A program made the position numbers and the translations under genes. Under the pieces are notes generated by a model that was not told where the DNA came from, made no database searches, and saw only the letters and a program-made list of their open reading frames with translations. A stretch of DNA of 23,780 nucleotides from Ginkgo biloba (lineage: Eukaryota > Plantae > Ginkgophyta). Of the stretch, positions 1 to 11,382 are shown one piece after another. Where the stretch lies: contig JANKJI020000004.1 in NCBI GenBank assembly GCA_024626585.2, forward strand, positions 77,045,632 through 77,069,411, written 5' to 3'. Position 1 is the stretch's first letter. Every line of letters starts with the position of its first letter.

Positions 1-1850
1 CCCATTTATTCCATCTAATTACTTTTTAAGAGGACATTATATCCCACATTGGAATAAATTATTTTAACATTAACCATATAAATATTTACTTCAAGGGTGA
101 TCATAATACTAGGGATAATGCCAATAGAGGTAAATTTATGATCATCAAAGTCCTTTAATTAGATACCATGAGGTAAGATGTTGGTCAGACACAATTATTT
201 GACTATATGGGGGACTTTTCCTATATTTAATACAATATAGAGAAATCTATATTTGAGATATCATGGTTGAAGCATGATTAAGCTTAAAAAAGGTGTTGTA
301 GTCTAGAACTAATTTTTGGAATTTCTTTAGAATTGGCTTAGGGGTAGTTTGGTCTTCTTGGGATGGAATCCTTAAGGATGCCCCAAATTGTAGGATAATA
401 TGAATATATTAATATTGCATTGGTTAATTTATTTCTTCATTATAGGTTATGGATTTGGAAATGACTCAAGTATCATAACCAACTCTATTCATCTTAATTT
501 TATATGAAAGTGAGTTGGGACTACTATCCCCATGAGTTTTATCCTAAATTTGGTTTGAATTAGAGGTCAAGGGAATGATATAATTAGGATGTTTATATGA
601 AATATAAACTATAAGGTATGGAGGATACATAAAAAAAAATGGATAATGAGGATACATTGGTGAATGAATTGATTGTTAAGGTTGTGATTATTTTATTGAA
701 TGTTCATTAGACACATGGTCTATTATAATGGGATGTAGGGGAAATACTATTATCTCACGAGGCCATGGAAAATAAGGATTAGTATCCTTCTTATTTTTTT
801 CATGGGAAATCATAAGTATTCTCATGCATATATGAATCCAATTGCGAATCCATTAATTCCACCATTTGTATATTTTTATGGGTTGGAAAAGGATTAGGAT
901 TGGTCTTATACATAGAATAATTTCTTATAATATTCCCCATTATTGTAATCACCACTACAATGGTTACATCATATAAAAATTATACAAACTCGTTATTCAC
1001 TAATTTTCTTCTTTGGCATATTATTGTTGTTGTTATTGTCATCAAATTAACCTACCTATTTTCCTTTATTGCTATTAACATTAGAGTTTGGAGGCCTACT
1101 TTGACCATATTGACTTGGTTAGACCTAAAATTAGGAAGAATAATAAATAATAAATGATTATGTATCCTATGAATCCATCACCTACTAGTTCCTTATCATA
1201 ATTAGTCTCTTTCTAACGGTTAAATATATTCTAGTATCTAAGATAAGGATTAGGAAATGAACTCATCCTTGTGGGACTAGAGAATTTATGATAAAACTAA
1301 TGTTTATGATGATGTTTAAACTTATGCTTGATGTGGTGGTGCCTAATATCCATATTGATAGTTTCTTCTTTAGTCATTAGATTAAAAGAGATTACTTTCT
1401 TCAACATTTTAGGCTTAACGTTAATAAAATAGCAATACAGGGCATCTTCTAACTTATAAAGGCCCTATATTTCATCCTATTTTATTTCCACATATTAAAA
1501 TGGTTATGAATGGGGAAAATAGGTTGTTTCCTAAGGGTCCTAAACTCATCATATAATAATTTCTTAAAGACTATGGGAAAGAACATAGTAATAAATGTGA
1601 ACCAATTCATATTGTGAGGTTACTAAGTCATAAGGAAGGTTATCCTACTATGTAGTGGATATCCTCCTTTAAAGGACACAGAAAATAACTTAGGAAAAAT
1701 AATATCATCCATTAGGCCATAATTATTATATTAGATCCTAAAATCATTAATATGGTATTCATAAGTCTTGTATTCTCTTCCCTTAAACTTAAACATATCA
1801 AGAGGAATAATGGATAAATGAGACCATGTACTATCCTTCTTAATGGTATT
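1..1850 (-). mobile_element. Degenerate Ty3/gypsy (Tat/Ogre-like) LTR retrotransposon gag + aspartic protease region
   Basis: Manual minus-strand translation. About 1810-1590 reads FKFKGREYKTYEYHINDFRI*YNNYGLMDDIIFPKLFSVSFKG../**DNLPYDLVTSQYELV, the Retrotrans_gag pattern KLF.xSLKG.AL.WW..LP. About 910-870 reads YKTNPNPFPTHKNIQMV. About 165-1 reads LKDFDDHKFTSIGIIPSIMITLEVNIYMVNVKIIYSNVGYNVLLKSN*ME*M, matching the retropepsin C-terminal YNxLLGRxW motif. Many stops and frameshifts. Confidence 0.85.
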
Positions 1851-2049
1851 ATTTTTTATATTTAAGGAATAATCTAAATTATTTTAGATATTAATTAAAT
1901 ATTACAAACCCTATGATGGTAACTAGATTTCATGATTAAAATTTTACNNNNNNNNNNNNNNNNNNNNNNNNNNNNNNNNNNNNNNNNNNNNNNNNNNNNN
2001 NNNNNNNNNNNNNNNNNNNNNNNNNNNNNNNNNNNNNNNNNNNNNNNTT

Positions 2050-2430
2050 TTAACTACTCGCATTTGAGTATAAGTAAAATATGGATATATAAGAAAATAC
2101 CAAGATGATTTACAAATAGAAATACAAATGGAAGAATAGGTATATTGGACCAAATTTAATAAATTGGAGTAGGAAAATCAATTAACTAAAATAATAATAG
2201 AAATCCAAGAGTTAACAAAGAAATGAGCAAGAATAACACTTAAGACTAGAGAAAATATTTATTACAAATACTGTGATGGATATCATTTTAAAAGTTAATT
2301 TTCATTATAAGAGAGAATTTCATAAATAAGAGAGTACTTTATGAGATAATATATAAGAAAAGTATTAGGAAGAATAATATTAATAATGTACATGTAGAAG
2401 AATTTGAAACAAATACACCCAAGTACTCAT
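2050..2430 (+). mobile_element. Probable degenerate gypsy gag C-terminal fragment
   Basis: One frame reads QDDLQIEIQMEE*VYWTKFNKLE*ENQLTKIIIEIQELTKK*ARITLKTRENIYYKYCDGYHFKS. This is a coiled-coil segment followed by an eroded CCHC-like knuckle, similar in layout to the gag at 11050-11280. Confidence 0.35.
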
Positions 2431-4134
2431 AGCTCATCTCTATTTCTATATGTAATAAGTTCCTCTATAAAAAATGAATTTATATGGTTTTGGAGAAAAT
2501 GTTTAGTGATTCATGTAAGAACCTAAAGTTTTCTTGGGTGCATCATAGTTTCTCCTAAAGCACCATCATGAGTTTGACTCAATAGTACTTACGAACCTTC
2601 CATAACACCCGTATGAAACCCTGCAATATGATTCTATGCTCATAAAGATTTACTTGAGTGGACAAACCTATAACTCACAAAGTAATATATGCAATATCTC
2701 AAGAACACAAGAGATTGAACAAAGAAGAAGAATTTTGTAAATTACAAAGTATGTAAGAATATAAAGTGTAAGAAGTGACCTTTATGAGAATACAAGGCTA
2801 TGGCCTCTTTTATGAGAAGGCCATAATACAAATATAAGAACATAGGCTCTAAAAATAAATATAACCATGCATATTTACATTAGCCTATACATGCATGCAT
2901 ACTAAACTAGTCATGTTTGAGAAGAGAAACATTCGTGTGCACATGTTATGTCCAAAATTAGTATCCATGTAAGGATCTAATATAATGAGCTACCAAAGTG
3001 AGAGAAAGCTATAAATGGTAGAAACATATCACCAATAGTAATAAATAAATATGAATAATGCTCTCATAATATCACTAAATATAATCCTCTCTAAGATTAG
3101 TCATGGTCNNNNNNNNNNNNNNNNNNNNNNNNNNNNNNNNNNNNNNNNNNNNNNNNNNNNNNNNNNNNNNNNNNNNNNNNNNNNNNNNNNNNNNNNNNNN
3201 NNNNNNNNTGGACCTAAGAGAAAATTAAAAGGGAGTAAATAAAGGGATGCATTCCATTCTATTTTTTGGGTTCAAGGAAGTCTGATGAGAAAACATAAGG
3301 ATTAGACATATTCCTTTATAAACTCCAAATTGACCAAAATCCTAAAAGAAGTAATTGAGAAGGTGACATGTCATGTTGACATGTGCCACTATCAGAACAT
3401 ATCAAATACTAACTCATCAATGGTCTACTCCTAAGGTTTAAGTGATTAATATGATGGTCCCACTATATGCCTTGAATCTAAATGGAGTTACTCTCACCAA
3501 CCTTAAATCTAAGTGATAGACACCACGTTTAGCACAAAAGTAAGTGCCATGCATTTTAATCCTATGTGGAGTATGTTTTTCCTCTATAGATTTGTTCCCA
3601 TATTTATGAGACAATTTTAAATTCACCTCCTTGGAAAATACTTGTTATTTACATAAGATACTACATCTTTCACTTGAGCATTTTGTAAATATCAAAGTTC
3701 ATAAGAGTCATGGGAGGATCTCACACTATAGTAAGTATGGTGATTATAGCAACCATGTAGAGATTTAAAGAAGCTATCACAAAGGTGGACTATAGAATTA
3801 ATGGAATAATTTATAGAAGATGTGTTTGGAGGTGGCCAACTACCTTTTGGGAGGTACAATATCTGAAGAATCAATTTGAATGTAATCAATGGAGGAAGAA
3901 GACTCGCCACTTGAAATTAGATTATCACAAAGGTACAAATTTGATGATTTCCTGAAGATCTATTGGATATAAAGAGGAGGGTGGAAGAATTTATTGAGGA
4001 ATGGTGGGAATTTATAATCCCCTAAGGTACTTGTATAAAGTTGAGAAAATGGTCCAATTGCATGAGGCTTCTTAGGTTCACCAGAATGAGAAAAAGTATA
4101 AAGAGGAGAAGGACAATGAAAGAGGGGTTTCACT

Positions 4135-4665
4135 GAGTGTTGTTGGTCATATAGCTAATTTTTCCTTATGTCTTCTACTTCATCCCTATATTTTCCATGT
4201 GTCGCCTTCTTTTTATGTTGTCATGTATGTAGCTTGTGTGGTTGTTCCCACAATATCTTCAATACGAGATAACTATGTAAGCTAAATGGTGACACCTATT
4301 TTTATCCAATGATTAAGCATTGTTGGCTTTGGGTAATGTAAATTTTGGTCTTACTTATTCATGTATGAATTTATTGTACTAAGCTTATATTTTCTCCAAG
4401 GATTAAGCATTGTTGGCCTTTATAGTGGATGTGAAATTTTATCTATTTATGCATGAATGTTGAGAAATTTTATCTCCTCATATATGTTATACTGTATATC
4501 TATTTGTACTTTAAGGTCGAGCACTGCTAGATTTTGATTATGAATAATACCTATTTTCATTTGTCTTAATGTATACATTATATTTTAGGAAGTGCTACTG
4601 GTGAAATGAAATTATATATTATGATGAATGTATAAATGGTTGGTCATGTATCAAGCATTGTTGGT
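4135..4665 (+). repeat. Imperfect interspersed 12-mer motif repeats, including a ~90 bp tandem duplication
   Basis: GATTAAGCATTGTTGGC occurs at 4311 and 4401 (period 90, with similar downstream sequence). AAGCATTGTTGG occurs at 4653. Transition variants lie at about 4135, 4519 and 4590. Confidence 0.7.
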
Positions 4666-4911
4666 GTATGTCCAAACCTAAATTATGTTAAAATAATAAA
4701 AATGATTGTTTCTTTTATTTGTTTATGGAATCTCTTATTTTGAAGAATTAATTCAAAAGTAGGGATTATTTTCCACTATGGAGAAGTAGGTTTTTTATCT
4801 TTGAAATTCAANNNNNNNNNNNNNNNNNNNNNNNNNNNNNNNNNNNNNNNNNNNNNNNNNNNNNNNNNNNNNNNNNNNNNNNNNNNNNNNNNNNNNNNNN
4901 NNNNNNNNNNN

Positions 4912-5489
4912 TTGGCCTAGTTAAGGATAGCAATCTAGTAGAAACTATAGCTTTCTAAGTTGGCCTTTAGTAAGGAAGATGCAGGAAATGGATCTAGAAG
5001 TAAGTTGTTGACCTCTACTGGAATAAGGATGTCAATAAAAAGGAGAGGTAATGAGGAAATGACTTCTTCTGACCTCCTTTTATATTAGTATGTTCTATAA
5101 ACTAACTTCTCAAGGTCATATATCCAAAAGGTATTATTTTGTGCTAATGTGTGTTAAGATAAGAAACTATTTGGGATTAAGGGAAGGGGTTATTATCTTG
5201 AGGTAACATTTGACCCCTCTTAGAGCTACCTAAGTTCCTTTTAAGGGATGCAAAATCAAATTCATCCAATGAGTTAAGAATTAACATATAATTTTCTAAT
5301 TTTAGGTCTTCCCTAAGGCTTTTCTTAGCAGATAAGGTTTACTAGCTCTTATGAGGCTCTTCTTAATTGTTTAATTGCTTTTCTCTAACTATTGACTTCC
5401 CATAGGGTTTTTCAACCCTATTGACCAAATTTGATTTACCTTTGAACAAGTTTGATTGATATTAGACTAAGGTTGACTGGGTTATAACA
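4912..5489 (-). mobile_element. Putative LTR fragment with terminus at 5489
   Basis: Non-coding tract ending ...GACTGGGTTATAACA (TGTTATAACCC on the minus strand), a typical TG..CA LTR end. Recognisable pol sequence starts immediately after it. Confidence 0.5.
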
Positions 5490-6796
5490 CATATAAAGGT
5501 ATGAATTTTATTCTTTTACTAATAGACCTGTATGTTGTTGATTTTGATTTTGATACCACTTATTATTAATTGAAAAATTAAAAAATATTGCATGAATATT
5601 ATCTATAAGATTATTTATTATATCACTTTAGAACCTTTTATGCATTATCAGGTGACTAGGGCATAAATTAATAAATAAATCACACTATTTCAAGGTAGTA
5701 GGTCACTTTAGAGTGAGTAAAACCATGCATATATTATAAAAATATTTATATTACATAGGAATTAAAAAAATATGAAACAAATCACATTAAGTCATGCATA
5801 ATTTTTTTTTCTTTACTAAACTAATAAATAATAATTTAAGGCTCTATCAACCACTATCAATTCCATCTAGGCTTGAGAGTCCATTTTAATAGATTTTATT
5901 AGGTGGGATACCAAATTCCATCCACTCACCAAAATTATGATTATATTATGGTATTTATGGATCATTTTTTTTAAAAAAGGTAATTCTTAGTTCATGTTAG
6001 TATACTATCATTTCTTTTGAGATTGCTCACTTGCACTTTATATAGGTATGAATGCATCTTAGATGACCTACATATATTGTTTATTATTATGATAGTAAAT
6101 ATCTCTCTCACTTTTTAAAAATAATATGGCAATTGTTGGATAACAAAATTTTTAGATTAATATAATTTCATCCCTAGAATGATGAATAAATGTAACTTAT
6201 AAATTAGACACTTACATACTATATCTAATATGATTATAATCAACCACTATGTATTTCATAGTATGTATGGGATTTAAAATTGTGGCTCCCTTATACATAT
6301 CATATGTAGCTCCCATAACCTCTAGTACATTTAAGAGATAAAAGAAGGAAAATTTCTCCATATCCCATATTTTATATGTGAATAAGGAAGTGGATGAAAT
6401 ACTAGATAAAACAGAGATAGGGTCTAAAGAAAATAATGACAAACATTTATACAACCATAATTTTAAAGTTAATGACAAGCTGTGGATATATTTTCATAAG
6501 GATCTCTTAAAATATCTAAATAGAATTCTACTATCACTCCATTATGGTCCATACACTATCATGGAGTAGATTAACGAAAATAATTTTAATATTGATCTAC
6601 TACCATACCTTAGGTTATATCTAATATTTAATATTAATTAATTAAAATTTTATTACCCTTCTCTCATTAACTAACCTAATTTAACTCCACCACCTCCCAA
6701 GGATTTTCATTTAGATTATATAACTCCTTTACAAAATATCTAAGTCATGACAATTCAAATAAATAAGATATAATCCCCTCTTATTTCAAGTTATTA
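5490..6796 (+). mobile_element. Degenerate Ty3/gypsy (chromovirus-like) integrase
   Basis: Translation through stops gives HYFKVVGHFRVSKTMHIL*KYLY (HHCC zinc domain), LYQPLSIPSR..ESI..DF..GGIP, YDYIMVFMDHF, PTYIVYYYDSKYLSHFLKIIWQLLD, FHP*NDE*M*LIN*TL (=FHPQTDGQTEVVNRTL) and FKVNDKLWIYFHKD..LHYGPYTIME (GPY/F motif, ORF 6378-6569). Confidence 0.92.
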
Positions 6797-7987
6797 NNNN
6801 NNNNNNNNNNTTAATCCAAGAGGTACATAGAGGCCTAAGTAAGAGTTAAGTTTATAGAGTTATGTATTGAAGAGAGGAGGTACCATAACTCTTTAATGGA
6901 TATTGAATGATTTAAATAATTAAGCATGACACATGGAAGGATAACTTACAAGATTAATTTTTGCATTTGTTTTTTAAAGAAAAAAATAAAAAAGATCAAT
7001 ATTTTTTCTAATTATTAATAATATACTTATACGACTTATATAATCCAAACCATGAAAAATTAAACTTATATAAAAGGGAAAAGTTATTTAATTTCCTATC
7101 TATTTTCCAATGATATAAGTAATTCGTCAAAAATAGATGTGGTTGAAAAATTATACTAAAAACACTAGAGGTATTTAGTTCTAATTATATGGTTTGAACA
7201 TGTAAAATACTATTATTAGATGCCACATAAAGATAATCACGTTAAGATTAATAGACAATTAGATTAGAATTGGTCATTATCTCACCATATTTCATGCCAT
7301 AATATTTTCATGCATAAAGTCATAAAATCCTCTAAAATTAATGTAAATGAGTTATGCAACATTTTCCTACCATTTAATTATAGTATTATGTAGATACTCA
7401 TCCTATGGTGGTTATGGTTTATTATTAGTTTGTAAATGTGATTATTTTTATGGCATAATTAAAACCATTCATATAGTATACACTTAAAGGAACNNNNNNN
7501 NNNNNNNNNNNNNNNNNNNNNNNNNNNNNNNNNNNNNNNNNNNNNNNNNNNNNNNNNNNNNNNNNNNNNNNNNNNNNNNNNNNNNNNNNNNNNTGCCACA
7601 ATTGTATCATCTTATATTTTTGTGATATAAATCTTTTTTCTTATAATAAAAAAGGATCATGTAATGACTCTTGAATATTTAAATAAAAATATCAATCCGA
7701 GAAAAATAATGATTGATAGAGAAAATCTTATAAGTGTTAAATTTTTAAAAAATTTATGATGACAAGTTGTAAAGAGGATATTCACTTGAACTACCCATTT
7801 TGAAAAATATTATGATTAATGTAAATATTGAAGTATTAAGGGGAATCAATAAATATTTCAAGCTAGTTATTAAAAATTTAAAAAAAATTGCACATAATGA
7901 TGGACAATTTTGTTCAAGGTACTAAGATATTGGAAAATAGTTGAAGGAAGTTTTAAATTATAAAACATGTCTAAATATAAATAAAAA

Positions 7988-8100
7988 TGTTTTGATAATA
8001 TTGACAACAACATTGTCAAAAGAAAATATTTTGTATAAAAGAAAGTAGGTCTAATAGATAATTATATAAAAGATTTTGTTTTGACAATGTTGACAATAAT
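7988..8100. repeat. Short direct and inverted repeat cluster
   Basis: CAACATTGTCAAAA (8008-8021) is the exact reverse complement of TTTTGACAATGTTG (8079-8092). TGTTTTGATAATATTGACAACAA (7988) is an imperfect direct copy of TGTTTTGACAATGTTGACAATAA (8077). Confidence 0.7.
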
Positions 8101-9399
8101 ATGGACTACAATAAGAAAAAATAATATAATTTCTCAATAGGTAAAAAAAAATTATAAAAATATCGCCATACTTAGGACGAATTTAGAGGTTTGTTGGAAA
8201 AGGAAAAGTAATCCTTTAAGAATAATCTTACTTAAGACAAACCAATATTAGTTAATCAATTAATATTTATTTAAATTAAACCAAATGATTAAGCCAAGAC
8301 AAAATAAAGAAACCATCACCAATAAAAGATGGAAAATTTATTGCATGGTTAAATAAAGGTTCATAAAAAAAAGAGAGTATATAAATATAGTTAGAANNNN
8401 NNNNNNNNNNTCAAATGAGTTAAAACTCTCATTGGATAAAATATGTGATAACTGGGATAAATTAGTAATAAAAGGGTTAATAATTATAGAGCTATAACAA
8501 AAGAAAAAATTATAAGGCGTGATTCTTTATAGAATAAAGAGAAGTAGAATAAAAAGAAGATCCAAAAGGATCTCGAGAGAATAAATGAATTTCAAATAAA
8601 TCATATTTATAATTATATCCTATAAAACCATGATAGACAAAAATAGTTGGACTCTATGTTATTAGACTTTAAGTCTTCTAGTTTAATAATTGATGAGTAT
8701 TTCAAGGAATTGGAAGTCATGAAAACTTTAGAGTTTATTCAAAAATATCAAGTTCTATAAATAGAACTATTGACAAGGCATTTTGTGCCCCTATGCATTC
8801 ATGTACTCTCCTAAAGAACAGAGTCATCAAGATAATCCTAGATTGTTATGAAGTGGTTGGTTCAGATTCTGTAACAGTGATACATAGTGGCATCACGCGA
8901 TGTCCCTCCTCAGATGGTTTATAAAAGATAAAATGTTTGAGGTAAGCATCGCAAACCNNNNNNNNNNNNNNNNNNNNNNNNNNNNNNNNNNNNNNNNNNN
9001 NNNNNNNNNNNNNNNNNNNNNNNNNNNNNNNNNNNNNNNNNNNNNNNNNNNNNNNNNTAGATATAAAGTTAAAGAGGTCAATTTATTTTTATCCATAGAT
9101 AGATGGGTAGATAGAGGTAGTGAATAAAACATTAGTGTATTATTTGAGGATATATAATCATAGTCATCCTGAGACTTCAAATGAATCTCCCCCATACATC
9201 CAATATGGTTATGAATAGGTTCTTCCCTACTCCCATGGTATTTCTCCATTAGAGACTTATTTGGTATTCCTTCCCAATTCACCTCTTGATTTATAGTTTT
9301 AAGTGTTATAATCTGATACTTCCTCTTCTTATGAGTATAAGGGTCATAAATAAANNNNNNNNNNTGGATAATATTTAAATGGTTTATAAGTAGGCTCAT

Positions 9400-9925
9400 A
9401 AATCATTGTTAAAGTCTTAATTTAGGTATAAGGAGGCTAGTGATAAGAATTGAGTTGATTGTTATTTTCAAGTGGGGGATAAAGTATAGATCTAACTTAA
9501 AAAGGAGAGGTTTAAGGATAAGGAATGAAAGATAAAGAAATTATTATATGGACCATAAACCATTTTGGATCAATATGGAAAGAATGATATTCACTTATAA
9601 TTACCTATACATAGGACTCCATCATGTATTTAATGTGGACAAGTTAAAACTTTATGAGCTACCATTATTGGATGAATTAGCTATAAATATTCCATAGATT
9701 ATAGAGGGGTTATATCCTGATCATGTAGAGTATTTTCAAGAAGATAAGGTCATATAATATTATATGAAGAAGAGTAGGTCTTATAATATTAATCATTTCC
9801 TTGTTGGAAGGAAGGGTTAGTATCCATACTAGGCAAAGTGGATAACTTTGGACAAGTTAAAGAAATAGATGCTATACTTATTGCACCAATAAATGGAATA
9901 CATTACTTCCCAAGGAGGGAGTGAT
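9400..9925 (+). mobile_element. Degenerate Ty3/gypsy integrase C-terminus with chromodomain-like tail and polypurine tract
   Basis: Reads FQVGDKV*I*LKKERFKDKE*KIKKLLYGP*TILDQYGKN..GLHHVFNVDKLKLYELPLLDE, then DKVI*YYMKKSRSYNINHFLVGRKG*YPY*AKWITL. It is followed by the purine tract AAGGAGGGAG (9912-9921) and TGAT. Confidence 0.9.
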
Positions 9926-10475
9926 TGATTTTCCATAAGGGTATAAGGGGGATTATCATAATTTCCTATGAGGTATAGTCTTTATAAGGGATATGACCAT
10001 ATGTAATCCTTTATGAGGACTATTTATTTTTATATAATTATTTATTAGGAATTTTCTCCACCATTGGTTTTATCCTAATATGTGGTATGGTCTTCACCAC
10101 TGATTATTTATGGAAACTTATAGACTCCTTACATGGATACAAAGTCTATGTTTTCATGGGAAACTGCATGGGTTGCATGAGCTTTTGAATCTTACATGGG
10201 AATATTATTATTTTCATTCATATTACTATTAGTATTTATGGTCTTCACATTAAATAATACATGAACCTATATTGTGTAATAATTGAGAAAACTTTGTATT
10301 ATTGAGTTCCCTTAGAACACATAATCTAAGAGTTTCTTTATTATCCAAAATCTACTTTAATTTTTCTTGTAAGCTCATATATTATTTTTTTCACTTGTGA
10401 GTTCAAGAGTCTATTATTTGGTAATAATATGTATGTATTGTAGCTCATAGAATATTTTATCTAGATGATGCATTA
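9922..10475 (+). mobile_element. Putative 3' LTR of the preceding gypsy element
   Basis: Starts TGAT directly after the PPT and is non-coding. A possible eroded ..GCATCA end (GCATTA) lies at about 10475, just before unrelated gag sequence. Boundaries are approximate. Confidence 0.5.
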
Positions 10476-10499
10476 GGATACATGTAATATTCTATAAGA

Positions 10500-11382
10500 G
10501 TTCAAAAGATTCAGATTAAAGTTTTGAGTTTTAAGAGGCTAAATTGATATGTGTGTAATAATGACTCATAAGATCCTTTGGTTGTGTTGTTGAAGAATGA
10601 AGAAGATATTGAGTGGAGTTTACACTTAGGGGTCCATCCCTAACTTGGTTTTAGTGCGTGCAACATCACTTATGAGCACTAATCTAGGAGTTTTCTTTTG
10701 GATCAATTTTAGACCTTGCACAATTCAAGAACAATTTACAAAGAATTAAGAGAAATTAAGTAGCGGTGTAGAGAGATAACCGAGATTATGGTAGGAGATT
10801 ATAAGTTCTTACCTCAAAATTGGATGTGCACAATGTCATTATGCCAATTCACATGCTACATTACTTTGTCTAAGGGTTCCTATCATTGTATCAGTGTAAA
10901 GTCAAGCAACATTTGATGGAGAACTATAAACAGGCTTGACATTTGTTTATGGTATTCAAGAAGCAAATGTGCATTGACCAATTCCACTCTAATCTAGATG
11001 ACTAGCACCCTAAAGATTATCCTCTAGGGTATGACCTAGTGTAAAACATTACCAAAGCTTTGATAAAGGTCAATAATAAGGTTGTAGAAAATGAAAAACT
11101 TTGTGTGAAGATCTCTAATTTAAAACTTGGGAAACAAGACCCATTAGAGAAAACACATGGTGCACTCATGATAATAAAATGGGATACACATTGACTGAAC
11201 ATAAGAAATAGTCAAATACTAAAAGGAAATGGTGTGCCATTTGTGAGACCAATGCCTATGACACAAAGGAGTGTTATTCTAATCTTCATTGTAGGCAGAA
11301 TGTCATTGTAAAGGGATGGGTGCAACGTGGTGGATATTGGGGGAATGCCAACCATCGTGTTAATTATCAAGCTACAAATAGT
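10500..11382 (+). mobile_element. Degenerate Ty3/gypsy gag with two CCHC zinc knuckles
   Basis: Reads FLLDQF*TLHNSRTIYKELREIK*RCRE../DYGRRL*VLTSKL..YFV*GF (major-homology-like region). It continues WCTHDNKMGYTLTEH (11158-11202) and WCAICETNAYDTKEC (11230-11274), both eroded CX2CX4HX4C motifs. Confidence 0.8.

Noticed and set aside
960-1157. Hydrophobic 65-aa ORF as a membrane peptide
   Set aside because: It is antisense to the gypsy gag, and the hydrophobicity follows from T-richness.
2799-2825. 8-bp inverted repeat TATGGCCT/AGGCCATA
   Set aside because: It is isolated and short, lies in probable LTR sequence, and is compatible with chance.
4135-4665. CRISPR-like repeat-spacer array
   Set aside because: The repeats are short and degenerate, spacing is irregular, spacers resemble each other, there are no cas genes, and the context is eukaryotic.
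8893-9399. Longest ORF (168 aa)
   Set aside because: It spans two N gaps and joins separate contigs, with no recognisable domain. The same applies to the other X-containing ORFs.
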